This document shows, piece after piece, positions 36,501 to 49,548 of a stretch of DNA of 64,000 bases (its first letter is position 1; each line of letters starts with the position of its first letter). The notes under the pieces are model-generated. The model was given only the letters and a program-made list of their open reading frames with translations. It was not told where the DNA came from and ran no database searches. Origin of the DNA: Catajapyx aquilonaris (lineage: Eukaryota); assembly GCA_000934665.2 (NCBI GenBank), contig KZ538493.1, positions 1 to 64,000 on the forward strand. Reading direction: 5' to 3'. The position numbers were made by a program, and so were the translations under genes.

Positions 36501-39500
36501 AAAGCTCAGCATTACCGAAAATATGCAGTGTTTTATTGAATGCAGATGTTTTATTGAATCAAATGTCTACTTCCAGATGACTCGGGTTATTGCAACTCGT
36601 GGAGTAGCTAGACCTATACAAGCAGTAATTATCCACAATGGAAGTAATTCTTCGTCAGCCATCTTTTTCAACAGGGATGTGACTGTCAGTCACCAAGGTG
36701 AGTTACACCCACCTGTAGCGTGAAATCAAGTACCATCTACCATGATGATTGTTATCATACCTTTGATTTTCCAACATGACCATGCAGGGTCCTGTTTAGT
36801 GTTCTGCACATAGTACATGGTTGACATATTAGGTACTTATTTATTTTTGCCTGACTTAAATTGCACCTATCATGATTATCATAGAACCCACACGTTACTG
36901 AGATTATGCTAGTGATAATAACACTACTACCAATTTCCCACATTATTCTCAATCCAACAGTCACACCAATGAGGAATGTCATCATACAGCCTGTACCTGG
37001 GAAATCAGTAAGTAGCGATTTGACAATTTGGAATGTTTTAAATAATTGTGACACAAGATAATTATGTGACATCTCCCCATTCATTGCAGGGCCATTCATG
37101 GAGCACAGAAGTTTTCTGATTTGATTATTTTCCAATCATTATTCCATCGCTACAATATACTATTTGATGAGTCAATATAGATAATAACAATGAAATGCAT
37201 GATTGGAATGTGATCTGCACATGAAATTTTTGTCCTGCATGAATGTCCTTTGAATGAACATGGGCAGAAACAGTTGGAGGACAAAGTAGAATTCTTTTCT
37301 TACAAGCAATTTCTTCACCGAACCAGGATCAAACAGTGGTACAAAGTGCTACAGTACAACCTATTGTAGCACATGAGCATCCGTCACCTACCACAGCCAC
37401 GAGCCTATCCAATACATTATTGCGATATTCCTCAGCAAGTTCAAATGGTGTCCCAGCACCAACCATGGGGCAGTCATCAAAAATGAGCCCAGTAAGTATT
37501 GATGTGACAAAATCATTCATTACTGAATCCAACCACTTTGCCATGACCCCCGCCATACCTAGAAATTTCTGTGTTGTGCCAGTACTGGCCTCATCGGGCA
37601 GTCTTCAAAGGTACACTCAATAAGTACTAATATGACTGAACCAGCTTGTATTGCTCGAATGTGCAGTATGTATTTTTATATTTGCAGCTATAGAGTATAC
37701 TGTAAGCACATCTGAGGTAACACTTAATTGGCAATTTTTGGGAAACTTGAATGATTGTAGTGAAACGCCTTTTTTTTTACAGGTGATATCTGCGGTGAAC
37801 AAGGTTAACACATTTGTGATAACTACTGCAAAGCAACCTGCAACAACACAGCCTGATCTGTCAACTGCTACAACCCCAACCTCATCCACGGAATTGCCAC
37901 GTTCCTCTACTACTGTGACAGCACCAGCCCTGGGACAATCGACGCAACGACCCTCAGTAAATACTGATTCGACTGAACTGCATAGCACTACACACGCATT
38001 TGTCCCTATGAATGACAAGAGCCTGGGAGATAAAACTTTGCGGGATGCTGCTATGCAGACCCGAGTTCCCCAGGGTCAAAACATTACTGGGATTCAAGAG
38101 AGAGCGGAAAATGCAAGCAAGAAGTATGCAGGTGCCACGACAAGGACCTCAGAGAAGCCCACACCATCTTCCTCCACCAGTGCATATGCTGTGCCAGCTC
38201 ATGCTTCAAAAGCACCTCCTCCGAAGACTAACTGCAGGCCACTGGTTAGTTCACTTTTCTTTCAGTGCGTCCAAATATTTTGCCATATTAAACCATACTA
38301 CCATGCACATATCAGCATTGCAGAATAAATTCAGATCAGCCACAGTCCAACAATTGTAACTGATTGGCTGGCGCAAAGTTTAGTTAATTTAACTTTTATG
38401 TGCCAGTCAATATCTAGAGGTATGCAAAAAAAAAAGGGTGCCATACATTGACTGCTGTGATGCTAATTGTGGAGTAATATGGTAAACCACTAGTGTTTTA
38501 GTAACTACACTGCACTTTCCCATTGCGAACCAGGTGAAATAAATTTTTTTGTGTGTTCTACAGGGTCACCTGTTTCCATCAACCCCACCACCAATACTCC
38601 CCAACCCGGAAGTGACAAGTGGGACTTCCACCACACCAATACTGCCCAACCCAGAGGTGACACCAATACCTATAGTGGAAGCCTTCAAGAAAAATGGTGG
38701 TAAGATGTGAACTCTTATTGACACTAGGGAAACACAAAATTTACATGATGGACTATTGCAGCCATTTGCCTAAGGGTGGATATCCCTCAAGACACAAACC
38801 ATGCGGATATACGTGCTTTCCAGGTCAAAGCTCAACAGGTAAATGCCTCGGCAAATAAATCACCTCCCTGGGAAGTTGTTGGGAGCTGCAAACCCGTGCT
38901 GTTTCCAATGTGTATCACTCTATCCAAGGTGAGTGTTGGCTTAGTAGTTTTAGAAGATGTGGGCTTTTATATGCCTTCGCCATAGAAGGTTGCTGCCTGG
39001 GTACTTAGCCAACCTATCACACACCTTTTCAGCTCTTTGTTCTCAAACCACTTCCCACCCAACCACATGTTCATTAGTGCATGAGTGATGACAGTGCGGT
39101 TTGGAAATGGTGTCAAAATTTTAAAGATTGACAAATTGATGTGGATACAAAAGCACAGTACGTAGGTGACAACCTTTTATGGGGAAGGTGTACAAAAACT
39201 GGCGACAAGTGCCTCAATATTATTAAGGAGGCAACTGGGTCTGGAGAAGTGGCACAAAAATGTATCGCTTCTTTAGTATTAAAATATTTTTCATCGCACT
39301 TGTTTTTATTTCACAGCTCATTTGACCTTAATTTTAAAATAGCCCTTGCAAATGTTCAAAACTTACAATTAGTTTGTTGGCTTTAAAAAATCATGCGAAT
39401 TGTGCGAGGATTCAAGTGCAAATGAATTCTGATCACATAATTATGTGTTTACCCTAATTGTTAATAGTGTTTAATTTATTCATTTTGTTTTTCATTGCAT

Positions 39501-39626
39501 TTATTCAATCATTCATTCATTTAATTTCAGTCGGGAACAGGAACAACGTACAACTTTAGGGTGAGGGCCATGGATGTCTATGGAAGGATCGGACCTTACA
39601 GCAAAACTTGCACCATAACCTCGTGA
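30789..39626 (+). CDS. ATF7IP: ATF7IP/MCAF1/Windei-like protein (SETDB1 cofactor), divergent
   Basis: Exons include 30789-31109; 32218-32358 (ELEDVIVKSV...LQERISRLEKE, coiled coil); 33268-33384 (TRTVGIQ); 33991-34194; 35275-35474 (SIM IIDLT); several S/T/P-rich exons; and FN3 exons 38564-38699, 38762-38928 (WEVVGSCKPVLFPMCITLSK) and 39531-39626 (YNFRVRAMDVYGRIGPYS). These match the ATF7IP C-terminal pattern W-K-x-[IV]G-x-VKALPLPMACTL...Y-x-F-x-VRA-x-D-x-YGR-x-GP. Middle exon boundaries are less certain. Confidence 0.8.
33433..33507. repeat. (TAG)n microsatellite
   Basis: About 25 perfect trinucleotide units in an ATF7IP intron. Confidence 0.95.
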
Positions 39627-41500
39627 AAAGTTTCGTTGTATCAAGCTGAAAGAAGAGGCGGAAACTTGCACTAGAAGTTATTCTGATTTTTTCCACCCCA
39701 ATGACAAGGGTCATATACTTTGCCTTCTTTGATCATATGATGATGAATGTTTTTTTTTTAAAGTAGGTAAATAAGTCCAACAAGGAGTCATCCATAGAGT
39801 GTGTCGCACTTAGTTTGAGTTTTTTTCTGCATCCGCATATTATGTGACAGCACTCAGTATCAGTCCCTGCCACATAAATTTCTCTTGCTCATAATTCAGG
39901 ATCCTCCCAGGTTAATTTAATCTATAATGTGAATGTAATTCTTGGGTATTAGGATGGGGCAAGACAGATTTCTGGCCGTGGCAGCCCTTAGCAACATAAT
40001 TGCTGTCATTTAAGCCTCTCGGTAAAGATGCAGCGAATGTTGTACCTTCGTTTCACTGTGATTTTAGAATGCAGTATTAGCTGAATCCCTCCTCATGCCG
40101 TGTCACAGAGACTGCCATACTGACAATCCCCACTCTTCTTTTTCTCGTATGGCTGAGACTCCTCATTTATATTTTCCTTAACTTCCTCTAATTTTATAAG
40201 ATATAAGAAACATGAGATAGTACAACTTTTAAAAACTCAATAAGTAAGTGTACTTAGTTTTCAATTATTATATTTGAATGAGAACATTGCATTTTGACAT
40301 TTCCTTTTAAAACACGGCATCCAAAGGCATTATGTGCATTGTTAGGTAACCTTTGCAAACATTACATCTCAAAAAGGGGCATTTCCTGCATACAAATCCA
40401 GGGGAAAAAGGGGGAATGTCACACAAAAAATGTTCGTGATAAATCGAAGAAATTGCTTTATTTCTTCATGTGTCTAAAGAATAATAGGGATATCTTCACG
40501 TCATTATATGCAACTGTCACCCTTGTACCCATGGAAAGCCTCCAGGTATAAGTGTCACCTACGCTACTATTGTACTGTGCACTTGGCAGGAACCCCAATG
40601 GAATTTGGCATTCCCCCTTTTTCCCCTGGACTCTTCAAATCGATTGGAGCTCTGTGTTCATGAAAATTATAGTGAAAATAGGTCAAAATGTGTTCTTTAA
40701 TTTGTAGGTGGGGAATGTTCCTTTAAATAAGCATTCAAAAATATTAATTATTTGTAATTATTTTATTAATTATTTTTTGCCTTATTGATGTGGCCAGTAC
40801 CTGATTTACTCCCCTGGCCACCCTTAGACAGTTGAGATCTGTCGCGCCCCTCCCCATGTATGTCACTTAAAAATTCCATTTTTCTCCTTTGTTTTTATTT
40901 TGTTATATTTTTAAAAATATGTACGAGTATATTCCAACTTGTGGCCTCCCCTAGGCAATTGCCTTCTCTGCCTCATGAGACATCCAGCGCTGGATGTGGG
41001 TGGTAGGACTGATTGTGAGTGGGATTGGCCCATTTGCACATTGTTGTGATAACACAGCAAATGACGTAAGCAGAGATAATGCCAGAAGGAGGTTCAAAAA
41101 TGAGTTGCAACAGCGATTCAATTTACAGCCCTCATCTCCTTCGTTGTAGACAGCGGGATGTAAATTACAACATGTCCAATCATCTTTCAATTTTGTTCTC
41201 ATAATTCAAAGTATTGAGCCGAGTAGTTGTCATGTAAATTATTTATTCCCCCCATTGCTTACCGTTATGGTCAGGAATAATCGCTACATTTAAGTGCTGT
41301 TTTTCTTCCTCAGTTAGTGCTAGTCACAATTAGCATCTGTAACACTTATCTTGTGAAGTGATTGTTCATTATAAGTGAGAGAATAAACATTTGGATATAA
41401 TACATTGTGGATATTCATTCACCACATGCACTTAAACGTGAGTGGGGCTGCAGTAATGTGTCAGTCCAAGGATGGAAGGGCCCCAAAGCACAATGCACTC

Positions 41501-41845
41501 CAGCGGTTCTTAAACTGTCCTAGACCGTGGACCCCCTTCAGAGATCACTCGCCCTCGAGGACCCCCAAGAATTAAGTCAAAGTTTAAAGCTCGGAATTAT
41601 TTGTATTTTGTATTTCCATCATACATACATATTTCTTTCTAATATATTTAAATAAATATTTCCCTAATATATCCCTAAATAAATAAATAAATAATATTTT
41701 GTATATATTTCCCTAATATATTCCCTATATCAATTCATAACAACTGTAAACAACTGTGTGCGTATTTTTCAGAACCTTTGTGGAACACTGGTAGGGTCTC
41801 GCTGCGGACCCCTTGGGGTCCGCGGACCACAGCTTAAGAACCGCG
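41501..41845. mobile_element. hAT (Charlie-like) MITE
   Basis: Termini CAGCGGTTCTTAA...TTAAGAACCGC, GGACCCC subterminal repeats and an AT-rich core; TSD not clear. Confidence 0.65.
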
Positions 41846-42661
41846 TGCAAAATTTCTTTTAAATAAACTTATTAATTTACAAAAATCAAATCCAAGCATA
41901 TGACCCTCGATTCATTTTCCCTCTCATGAAACATCAGTTAATAATTGACATTACTTCCTAGATTGGCTCAGCCACAATTGGACGGTGTTATGCACTAATG
42001 GGGATTACACACAAAAATGTCAAAATTGAGCCAAGCCCAGGAACATACACATATAAAGGATTCAATCAGATAAAATCAACGCTGGTGAAATCTGCATACT
42101 TCTGCCATAAATGCCCAAAAAGAACACGGAATAATTATAATTTCACAGACTGTATGACCTTCAAAACCCTTTTTTTCTCAAAACCTGTTCTCACGTGGGT
42201 TGACTCATTATTGCACAACACCGTCCAATTTGCGCATATGACGTCAATTTGCCACCTCACGCCCATCAGGATGCGACACCGCGCCGTCAAATAATCCCTC
42301 TCAAATAACCGTCATTTTCCCCAACAGCTATTTTCATTAAGCAGCTGAAAATCACAAATGGCTATTTCGAATGACGATTGTTGTTGTGAGCACACGGAGC
42401 TATCTGCAAATGTAGCTACTAGGTGTCAATCAGTCCGTTGCGACTGCCCTGACCTCTAGGGTTCAGCAGGAGAACTACAGCAGGAACTATTTGCAATATA
42501 TGGAACGTTAAAAAGTAATAAGTGTTGATGATGTTTCCCAATTGATTTGATCAGAGGTTATATTGGCAACTTATTAGGGAATCTTGAGTACCTGTATCTT
42601 TTAACAGGTGATAATAACTGCAGTGAATTGCCGGTTATAAGCAATTGTGACAACTGCTGAA

Positions 42662-44416
42662 ATGGAACCTACAACACCACAGCCTGTTTCGTCAACTGCT
42701 GCAACCACAACCACCTCATCAAAGACTACCGTATCATCCACGCCATTGGGACTTGCCTTTCCCGGTTTATGCGTTGGGAGAACACATGGCTTCGGACACA
42801 CAAAGGAAGAACCCTCCGTAAGTATTACAATGACTGGCATGGTGCTATTTGTCAGGTAACTACGCTACATGAATAGGACAAAAATGTTGACATGTTCCAC
42901 AGGGTGCCCATCAACCTCTAAAACTGCCCAACCGGGAAGGGTTCACTAGTGCAGCATCCGTCCCACCCAAGCCTACAGTGGAAGCCTTCAAGGAAGATGG
43001 TGGTAAGATATGAACTATTATATAGACAGCAGGGAAACACTAAATTTACATGATGGACTATTGCAGCCATTTGCCTACGGGTAGATATGCCTCAAGGCAC
43101 GGACCCTGCAGATATATGCCTTTATGAGGTCAAAGCTCAACTGAAAAAAACTTCAAAGAAGAAATCATCAATTCCCTGGGCAACTCTTGGAGCCTACGTA
43201 GCCAAGCCACTTCCAATGTGCATCACTCTAACCCAGGTGAGAGTTGGTTCAGTAGGTTTACAAGCTGTGGGCACAGTCATGGGAGCATCGTGAATTAAGG
43301 ACCCTTCGGTGGCTTTTTAGGTCATTGTGGGGCCGAGTTACATTCCATGGATACCGCCCACGATCCATCTCTCCAAACATGATCCCAAGATTGGGCCCTA
43401 AATCATTTGAGAGCATGACATAATCCATATTTCCGATAGCAATCAAAATTTTGAACATTAAGCCATTATGTGCATTTCTAACCAAATCGTAGCTTCGTTA
43501 TCAGCTGCTATCAGTGTGCAAGTGCTTGCAGAGTATTTCAACTTAGGTTCTGAAAAGCATGCACACGTTCAAAAAGTACTTGGAATTCACTGATTACTTG
43601 GCCACCTTGGGAAGCAGAGAGATGCTCTTGTAGGTGTATCTGCACACGATCCTATAATGAGTCAGTTTGGCTAGTGGCATTGTCCTGTGTACATCTCAAC
43701 ATGTGAAAATATTTTTAAATAATCACAATGCTATGCTACTTCTCCATGCAGTTGCCTCCGCAATTGAGGCACTTGTCACAACGCAGCACCAGGTTTTATA
43801 TGACTCCCCCACAGAAGGTTGCTGCCTGGGTACCTAGCCAACCTATCACAGACATTTTTTTAGGTCTTCGTTATTCTTGAACCGCGTCCCGTCCCACCCA
43901 ACCACACTTTCAACCGCAAAGTGCATGGGTGATAGTGGGGTTTGGAAATGGCATAGGGATTTTCAAGAGGATGAATTGATGTCCATGATGAGGAACATCA
44001 GGGGGAAAAGTCTGTGGCGACTGATGATGTTGAACAAGTTGACAAAGTGTTTCGAGAGCACCACCGATTCACAATTTCTGACCTGTCCGGCATTTTACAT
44101 TAAAAAAGGACCACCACAAGTTAAAATGATAAATATCGGAGCATATTGTTTTTCATTAATATCACTCCTACTACAAATATTCATCAAGAAAATGAAAAAA
44201 TTGGCCAAAAAAAAACTTAAGATATAGACGTTAAAATAGTGTTTATTTATTTATTTTGCCTTTCAGTGCATTCATTTCATTTCATTTATCAATTAATTTA
44301 TTCAACTGTTAATATTTCAGTGCAATGTAGAAACTGCATACAACTTTCGTGTGAGTGCCATTGCTGTCTATGGAACGGTTGGACCTTGCAGCAAAATTTG
44401 CAGCATGACTCCATGA
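42662..44416 (+). CDS. Partial ATF7IP duplicate encoding an FN3-only protein (about 170 aa)
   Basis: Exons 42662-42817, 42903-43002, 43067-43236 (WATLGAYVAKPLPMCITLTQ) and 44321-44416 (YNFRVSAIAVYGTVGPCS). Splice sites and frame are intact from ATG 42662. Introns and 3' flank are homologous to 37.8-39.8 kb. There is an in-frame TAA upstream at 42638-42640. Confidence 0.65.
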
Positions 44417-46624
44417 GAAGCATGACCAAGCATTGTCAGGCTGGAGGTTGCAGAAGCAAGAGGCCAAAACCTGCATTAGAAGTCTTTCTATTTTTGTCAT
44501 GAAGGAGGGTCACCTAATTTTCCTTCTTCGATTGTGTGATTTTTTTTAAATAATTTTAGTTCAATAATCAGGATATCTAAAGAGTCATCCATAGAGTGTG
44601 TTGCACTTTATGTGAAGCTTATTAATGTTTTAATATTAGGCTATAATGAGTGAGCCTGATTTCTTCTTCATAGCATATAGGGATAGTCACAATAATGAGT
44701 ACTGCAATGACTGTGTTCATTAAGTGAGATAATAAATATTTTGATGAAATTGTGGGTGTTCATCCACCACATATAGCCTGGGATCTTCCCCATTGCATCT
44801 CATGCGGAGTTGGGTCATCCCTGGCTCCATCTGAGGTAGGACTACTTTTGACTAACCACCCAGGGGAACTCACAAGATGGCACAAAATGATTTTTGTAGT
44901 ACATGATAAGCAACAGCCGTACCCGCTATTTTTTGGAACGGCCGGCACAGAGTATGTGCTCAGATTTACTACCTGGCAGGGAGGCGCACATTACGATGCA
45001 ACGGTACGTTCTTTCATTATTTTATTTCGTTGTTTTATGGTGCACGAGGTGGTAGGGGCTGTCGCGGTGGACGAGGTGGTCGAGCGATTCGGGGTAAACG
45101 CGGGCGAAGATAGTGCCGACGACGGCTACACGAGTCAGAACCGGATGAGGGTGTGAAGTGGGACAGGACTGACCAGGGGGGCTTCTCGGTCGGAGGACGA
45201 TGGCTGGGGTCCCACAGGCGGGACATGAAGGGATTCAGGAGCGGGCTCCGTTTCCTCGGGTACGAGCCTTTGGCTTGGACACCGGCCGGGCAGGGCGTAG
45301 GGCTTGGGCTGTTTGAAATGGTTGAATGCGGTTTAATGTGATATTCTGGTTTTGTTCTGAATATTCTGATGTAATGCGAAATAAATGATTGTGCAAACAG
45401 TATGAATTTTTACTACATCCACTATCTCCCCTTCCTCCCTTCCTCCATCCCTGACTATTACCATCCCTCTCTACCTCGTGGCCATACTCCAAGGCCGGAC
45501 TTGGTTCACAGCCACGAGGAATAATACGCGCCTGGATCGCTGGAATTTTCTTAGGTTACTGCTCTACTAATTAGCTGTACAACTGAACTTTATAGTCTCA
45601 TAAATACAACTGCCTAATTTCCTAATTTTCCTCATTTCTAATAAACCGCGATTGTAATGATCCGCGGTTCTAATAATGTGCGGTTTGGATCTGATATTTT
45701 GTAATTATTGTGATACTAATAGGAGTTACAAGTCTATTTACAATTCTAATGAATGAAGGAACAATATATAGTACTTGGAAGGTGTTGTTACATAACTGCT
45801 CCACCAATGACATTAGTTATTACAGTAAATATGATGTTCGAAGGTTACAATGTGGAGTCACTGCTCTACCAATTACTCTTAAAAGTCGACTTTTCATTGT
45901 AATAAACCGCGCATCGCTTGTTCCTCGTGCTCGTGAACCAAGTCCAGCCAAGTCACCTCACTTAGTCAATAGCTTTGAAGAAAGGCTTGGCGTCCACAAC
46001 GATCTCACGACTTTGGACGGAGGAGTGGAAGGATTGGTGCCCAGACACTATCTCACAGGTTTTTGTGGCAGACGACTTGGTGCGTATTTTACGAGTGTGT
46101 TTTTGAGGGGGATTGCAATTACACCTTGCAACTACCCTCCCACCCACCCTTGCCTGCCTGCAGACATTGCCTTATTTTACCAAGTATTACCAAGTATCAC
46201 CATATCATTGTTAAATGCGTTCCTGGCCCAGTAACATGTTAAACTCCAAGTTCCTATGCCCAGCAACCGGAGAGGCCCAACCAATATGCACCCACCTTTG
46301 CAACATTCCAAGAGGCATATGTGGAATGTGTTCCTTCCCGTACATGCTACTCCAGCCCATTTTCTCTGGACTCCCCACCAGGTTGACTGTCTGTCTCTTG
46401 CCTGTGCCATCAGTGCAGCTCATTGGCGACCCCAACCGAAATGGTGGCTGTGAAATGGAAAATGTAGATTGAAACTATTGAACTACTATGCAACAGAATA
46501 GGCTGTGTACTCCAACAGACAGCTTACAAAACACAACATTAATAACAGCTTACCTGCATGGGTCAAGTGTCAAGTAGGGGAAGGGTCCGCTGAAGGAGAT
46601 AATCCTGTGTTGAACACCATTTCA

Positions 46625-48066
46625 TCAGCCAGACAAAGCTGTGCCAGTAGCTTTGGTCACAGGTTTCTGAAAATGCCTAATTACATTGTAGGCCTCAGAA
46701 GATAGCTGCTTGGTCAGGAGCGAGTTCCGCACAACCTTCAGCTTCCTCTTTAAATTTCTGCTTGACTGGTCAATGGCAACCACACACTTTCGCCACAACA
46801 TGACGTCATTCAGTGCATTGAACTCCGAATATATAATTTCTCCAATCTTGTTCATACCTAAATCGGGAAACCGTCCTTTTCCGCATATTCCAGAGCAATT
46901 GCAGTGGTATCGAACACTGTCCTTGTACATCACTAGAGTCAGGAGAACTGCCGTTCTCACAGGATTGTTGGAGGCTTCCTCCATAAGTCGCTTGATGATC
47001 GATTGAGGGTCTGATTTCATTTGGATGAACAGTCCATGAAGAGAAAATGTGTGATGGAAAAAGTGGGTAAGTGGCACTTGCTGTACAATAATGGAACATT
47101 GGGACGAGCGTTTGGGGGAAGGTGAAGTCAAAAGATATGCTTCATCTGTTCCTGTCCAATGTCTCTCTTCGGCTACAATCCCACACTGATCCTACGGCTC
47201 CTCCTCCTCCTGCTTCACTACATCTAATGCGACTCCATTGGATTGACTTGCATCGATTAATTCACGTGTGCAGCCAGCTCTTTCCAATCCCTTGTCCTCG
47301 GATGATGAAAGCAAAGTAGAAATTAATTTGTGCTGCGAAAAAAAGGAACATTAAATATACAGTGGCTGAATCTCAAACGGTTGAAAATTTTAATTCTATC
47401 AATGTCTCAGCTGAAGGTGCTCAAAATGATCATGCTACAGAAGGAGTGTATTGTAGTAAAATAAGGATCAGTTGAAATGCTACCAAGTACCTCTCGCTCT
47501 TGAACTGTCTTCCTCTTTTTCTTCCGTGACATATGCACCTGAGATGTTGATGATCCTTGAGGTGCATGAGCCTCTTCAATGATCTTCGTTTGAAGATGGC
47601 TGGAATTCTCAGGGCCACCATTTTCATCTGATGATCCCTGGGTTGCGTGCACCTCTTCTGTGATGGACTCTGTCTTAAGTGGGTTGGCATTATTTTTAGC
47701 TTCACTTCGATCCGAGTCTTCTGCTGAACGAGCCAAGTCGAACAACACCAATCTTAAGAGTGTGGAAATGATCTGTCCAAAAAATTGAAGTTAGGCTACG
47801 TAACTCTAAAACATTTCAACACCCTGAGAATCCTGTCATTAGACTGCGCCCGTCAAGTACGATACTTACCAACCCTCTATAATTGATGAGGGGCATCCAT
47901 CTCACCACCTTCACTTCTCCGCACCGTTTCTTTCCCTCCAGCTGGAGATATAATCCTCAATTCTTCCAACTCTCCTCTCGATGCCATCCACCTTCCTCTC
48001 TATTCTGGCCGACTGTTCCAGGCTCATTTCCAGAAAAGAAAGCATCCTATCCCACTGTACTTTCAT
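46625..48066 (-). pseudogene. Coiled-coil family gene with a C-terminal BEN domain, disrupted
   Basis: Exon 1 from ATG 48066 (MLSFLEMSLEQSARIERKVDGIERRVGRIEDYI) has a premature TGA at 47911-13. Exon 47772-47491 follows. The terminal exon from 47332 has an in-frame TAG at 47192-94, then a BEN-like pattern AVLLTLVMY...CNCSG..GKGRF...IGEII...WRKCVVAIDQSSRNLKR (about 47020-46745). Confidence 0.7.
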
Positions 48067-48457
48067 TCCAGTGCAAGGCAACGCAACCAACAAATCTAGA
48101 GGAAGCTGGACAGCAAATTCCCAGCGACTGCTGAGGGAAAAACGGAGCCACAAACGCCCGTTATTCCAACGCCATCTTTAGATTGGTGAGTTCCGATTCG
48201 CATCATTCATATAAACAAGCGTGGGCACTGTTCTAAAAATTAATAAAATCACAACATTGTATTTTTAACCAATTACATGAACAACGTACAAAAGCTGTGA
48301 AATATTTGTGACAACCTCATTTGATCTGTTACATGAAAAAGTGCAGTACTGTACCTTGATGTATTCTCACAGTCATGTATGGATCATTAAATTAAATTAA
48401 AAGGCTTAACACACCAAGTGGGCCACTTTCTGTAGCACTGACCACTGTCCAATGTAT

Positions 48458-49548
48458 TCAGAACCACTGCCGAATCTTGACATATCTTTTTAGCTGATGC
48501 ACTTTGCATGAGACGCTGACACTCCTGCGGTTGATGACTGTGTAAAGAGGAGGTTTGAGCATTTGATTGTAATTGGGTCTAAATGAGTAATAGCGTATGA
48601 AACTCACTGGAGGAGATACATGAGGTCCAAAGAGTGTAGGTCGGGCGTGAGGCCACAGCTTTTTCTTTAACGTCGAGCTGCAATGGCTTTCTTCAAAATG
48701 GAGCGAGCAAAATCGAGCATGCTTCTTTCCAATGCGCACTTGCTGAAGCGAATCACCGCAGTTGGCAGCACGGAGCCACTCACGGCATCTGTAATGTTGC
48801 AATACCACGTATATGGATTATGTAGTTGCACATAAAACTGGGTGTACTTAATTTGGTACATTAGAAGAACTATTCGCTACGTTTTCATTGTAATCACTGA
48901 GACTATGCGAGAGAGGAAAGCAGTGAGTGTATGTAAAATAAAACATGTTCCTAAGACACTGTTTACCACTAAACTCACTTTTTTAGTGATAGTACATTAA
49001 AAATGATTAGATATAAAAATTAGACATGATGTGCCTACACATTATAACACATGCAGTGAATTGAGAACATCGCTTGCCAATAATAATTTTTCAGACTATG
49101 ATGTGATGCAAATTTTAGGATTTCCTGGAGCATAACTACCTGAAACAATTATAAAAAGCGATAATAAAAATTAATATACCGGTACTTCATTGTGATTACA
49201 TGCGCAATACCAAGCATACGACAAATTTTTGCACAATACAAAGTGCATAAAGTTGAGATTTTTTAACATTTTAAAGATGTAAGTAATGTTTTAAGTAACC
49301 CTAGCAGTGGGGGTTCACACCTCCTGTTTTTTTATGCGCATAACTGTTATTAGAGAGTAAATTAGATTATCGGCGTTCAATTGGAAGGAGGGAAGAGTTT
49401 ATTTTTCCTTACGTTTCTGGATCATTTGGTATTGCAAAGAAAGACAATTCTGGACGTTTGTTCTTTGTGGTGTTGCATCCTGGTACCATACAGGACAATC
49501 CGTTTCTTGTGTAAGGCCTGACCAAGGTCCTGTCCACGGTGGTCCTGA
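48458..49548 (-). pseudogene. THAP-domain module, copy B (probably degenerate)
   Basis: Exons 49548-49413 (SCMVPGC...SFFAIPND) and from 48788 (CREWL...FCSLHF...LWPHARPTLF) give the C2CH THAP signature. The start mini-exon is not recognisable and the last exon is frameshifted relative to copy A. Confidence 0.7.

Noticed and set aside
45710..46472. Several ORFs and exon-like segments downstream of the BEN domain
   Set aside because: No consistent frame or recognisable domain; they lie after the BEN stop codon.
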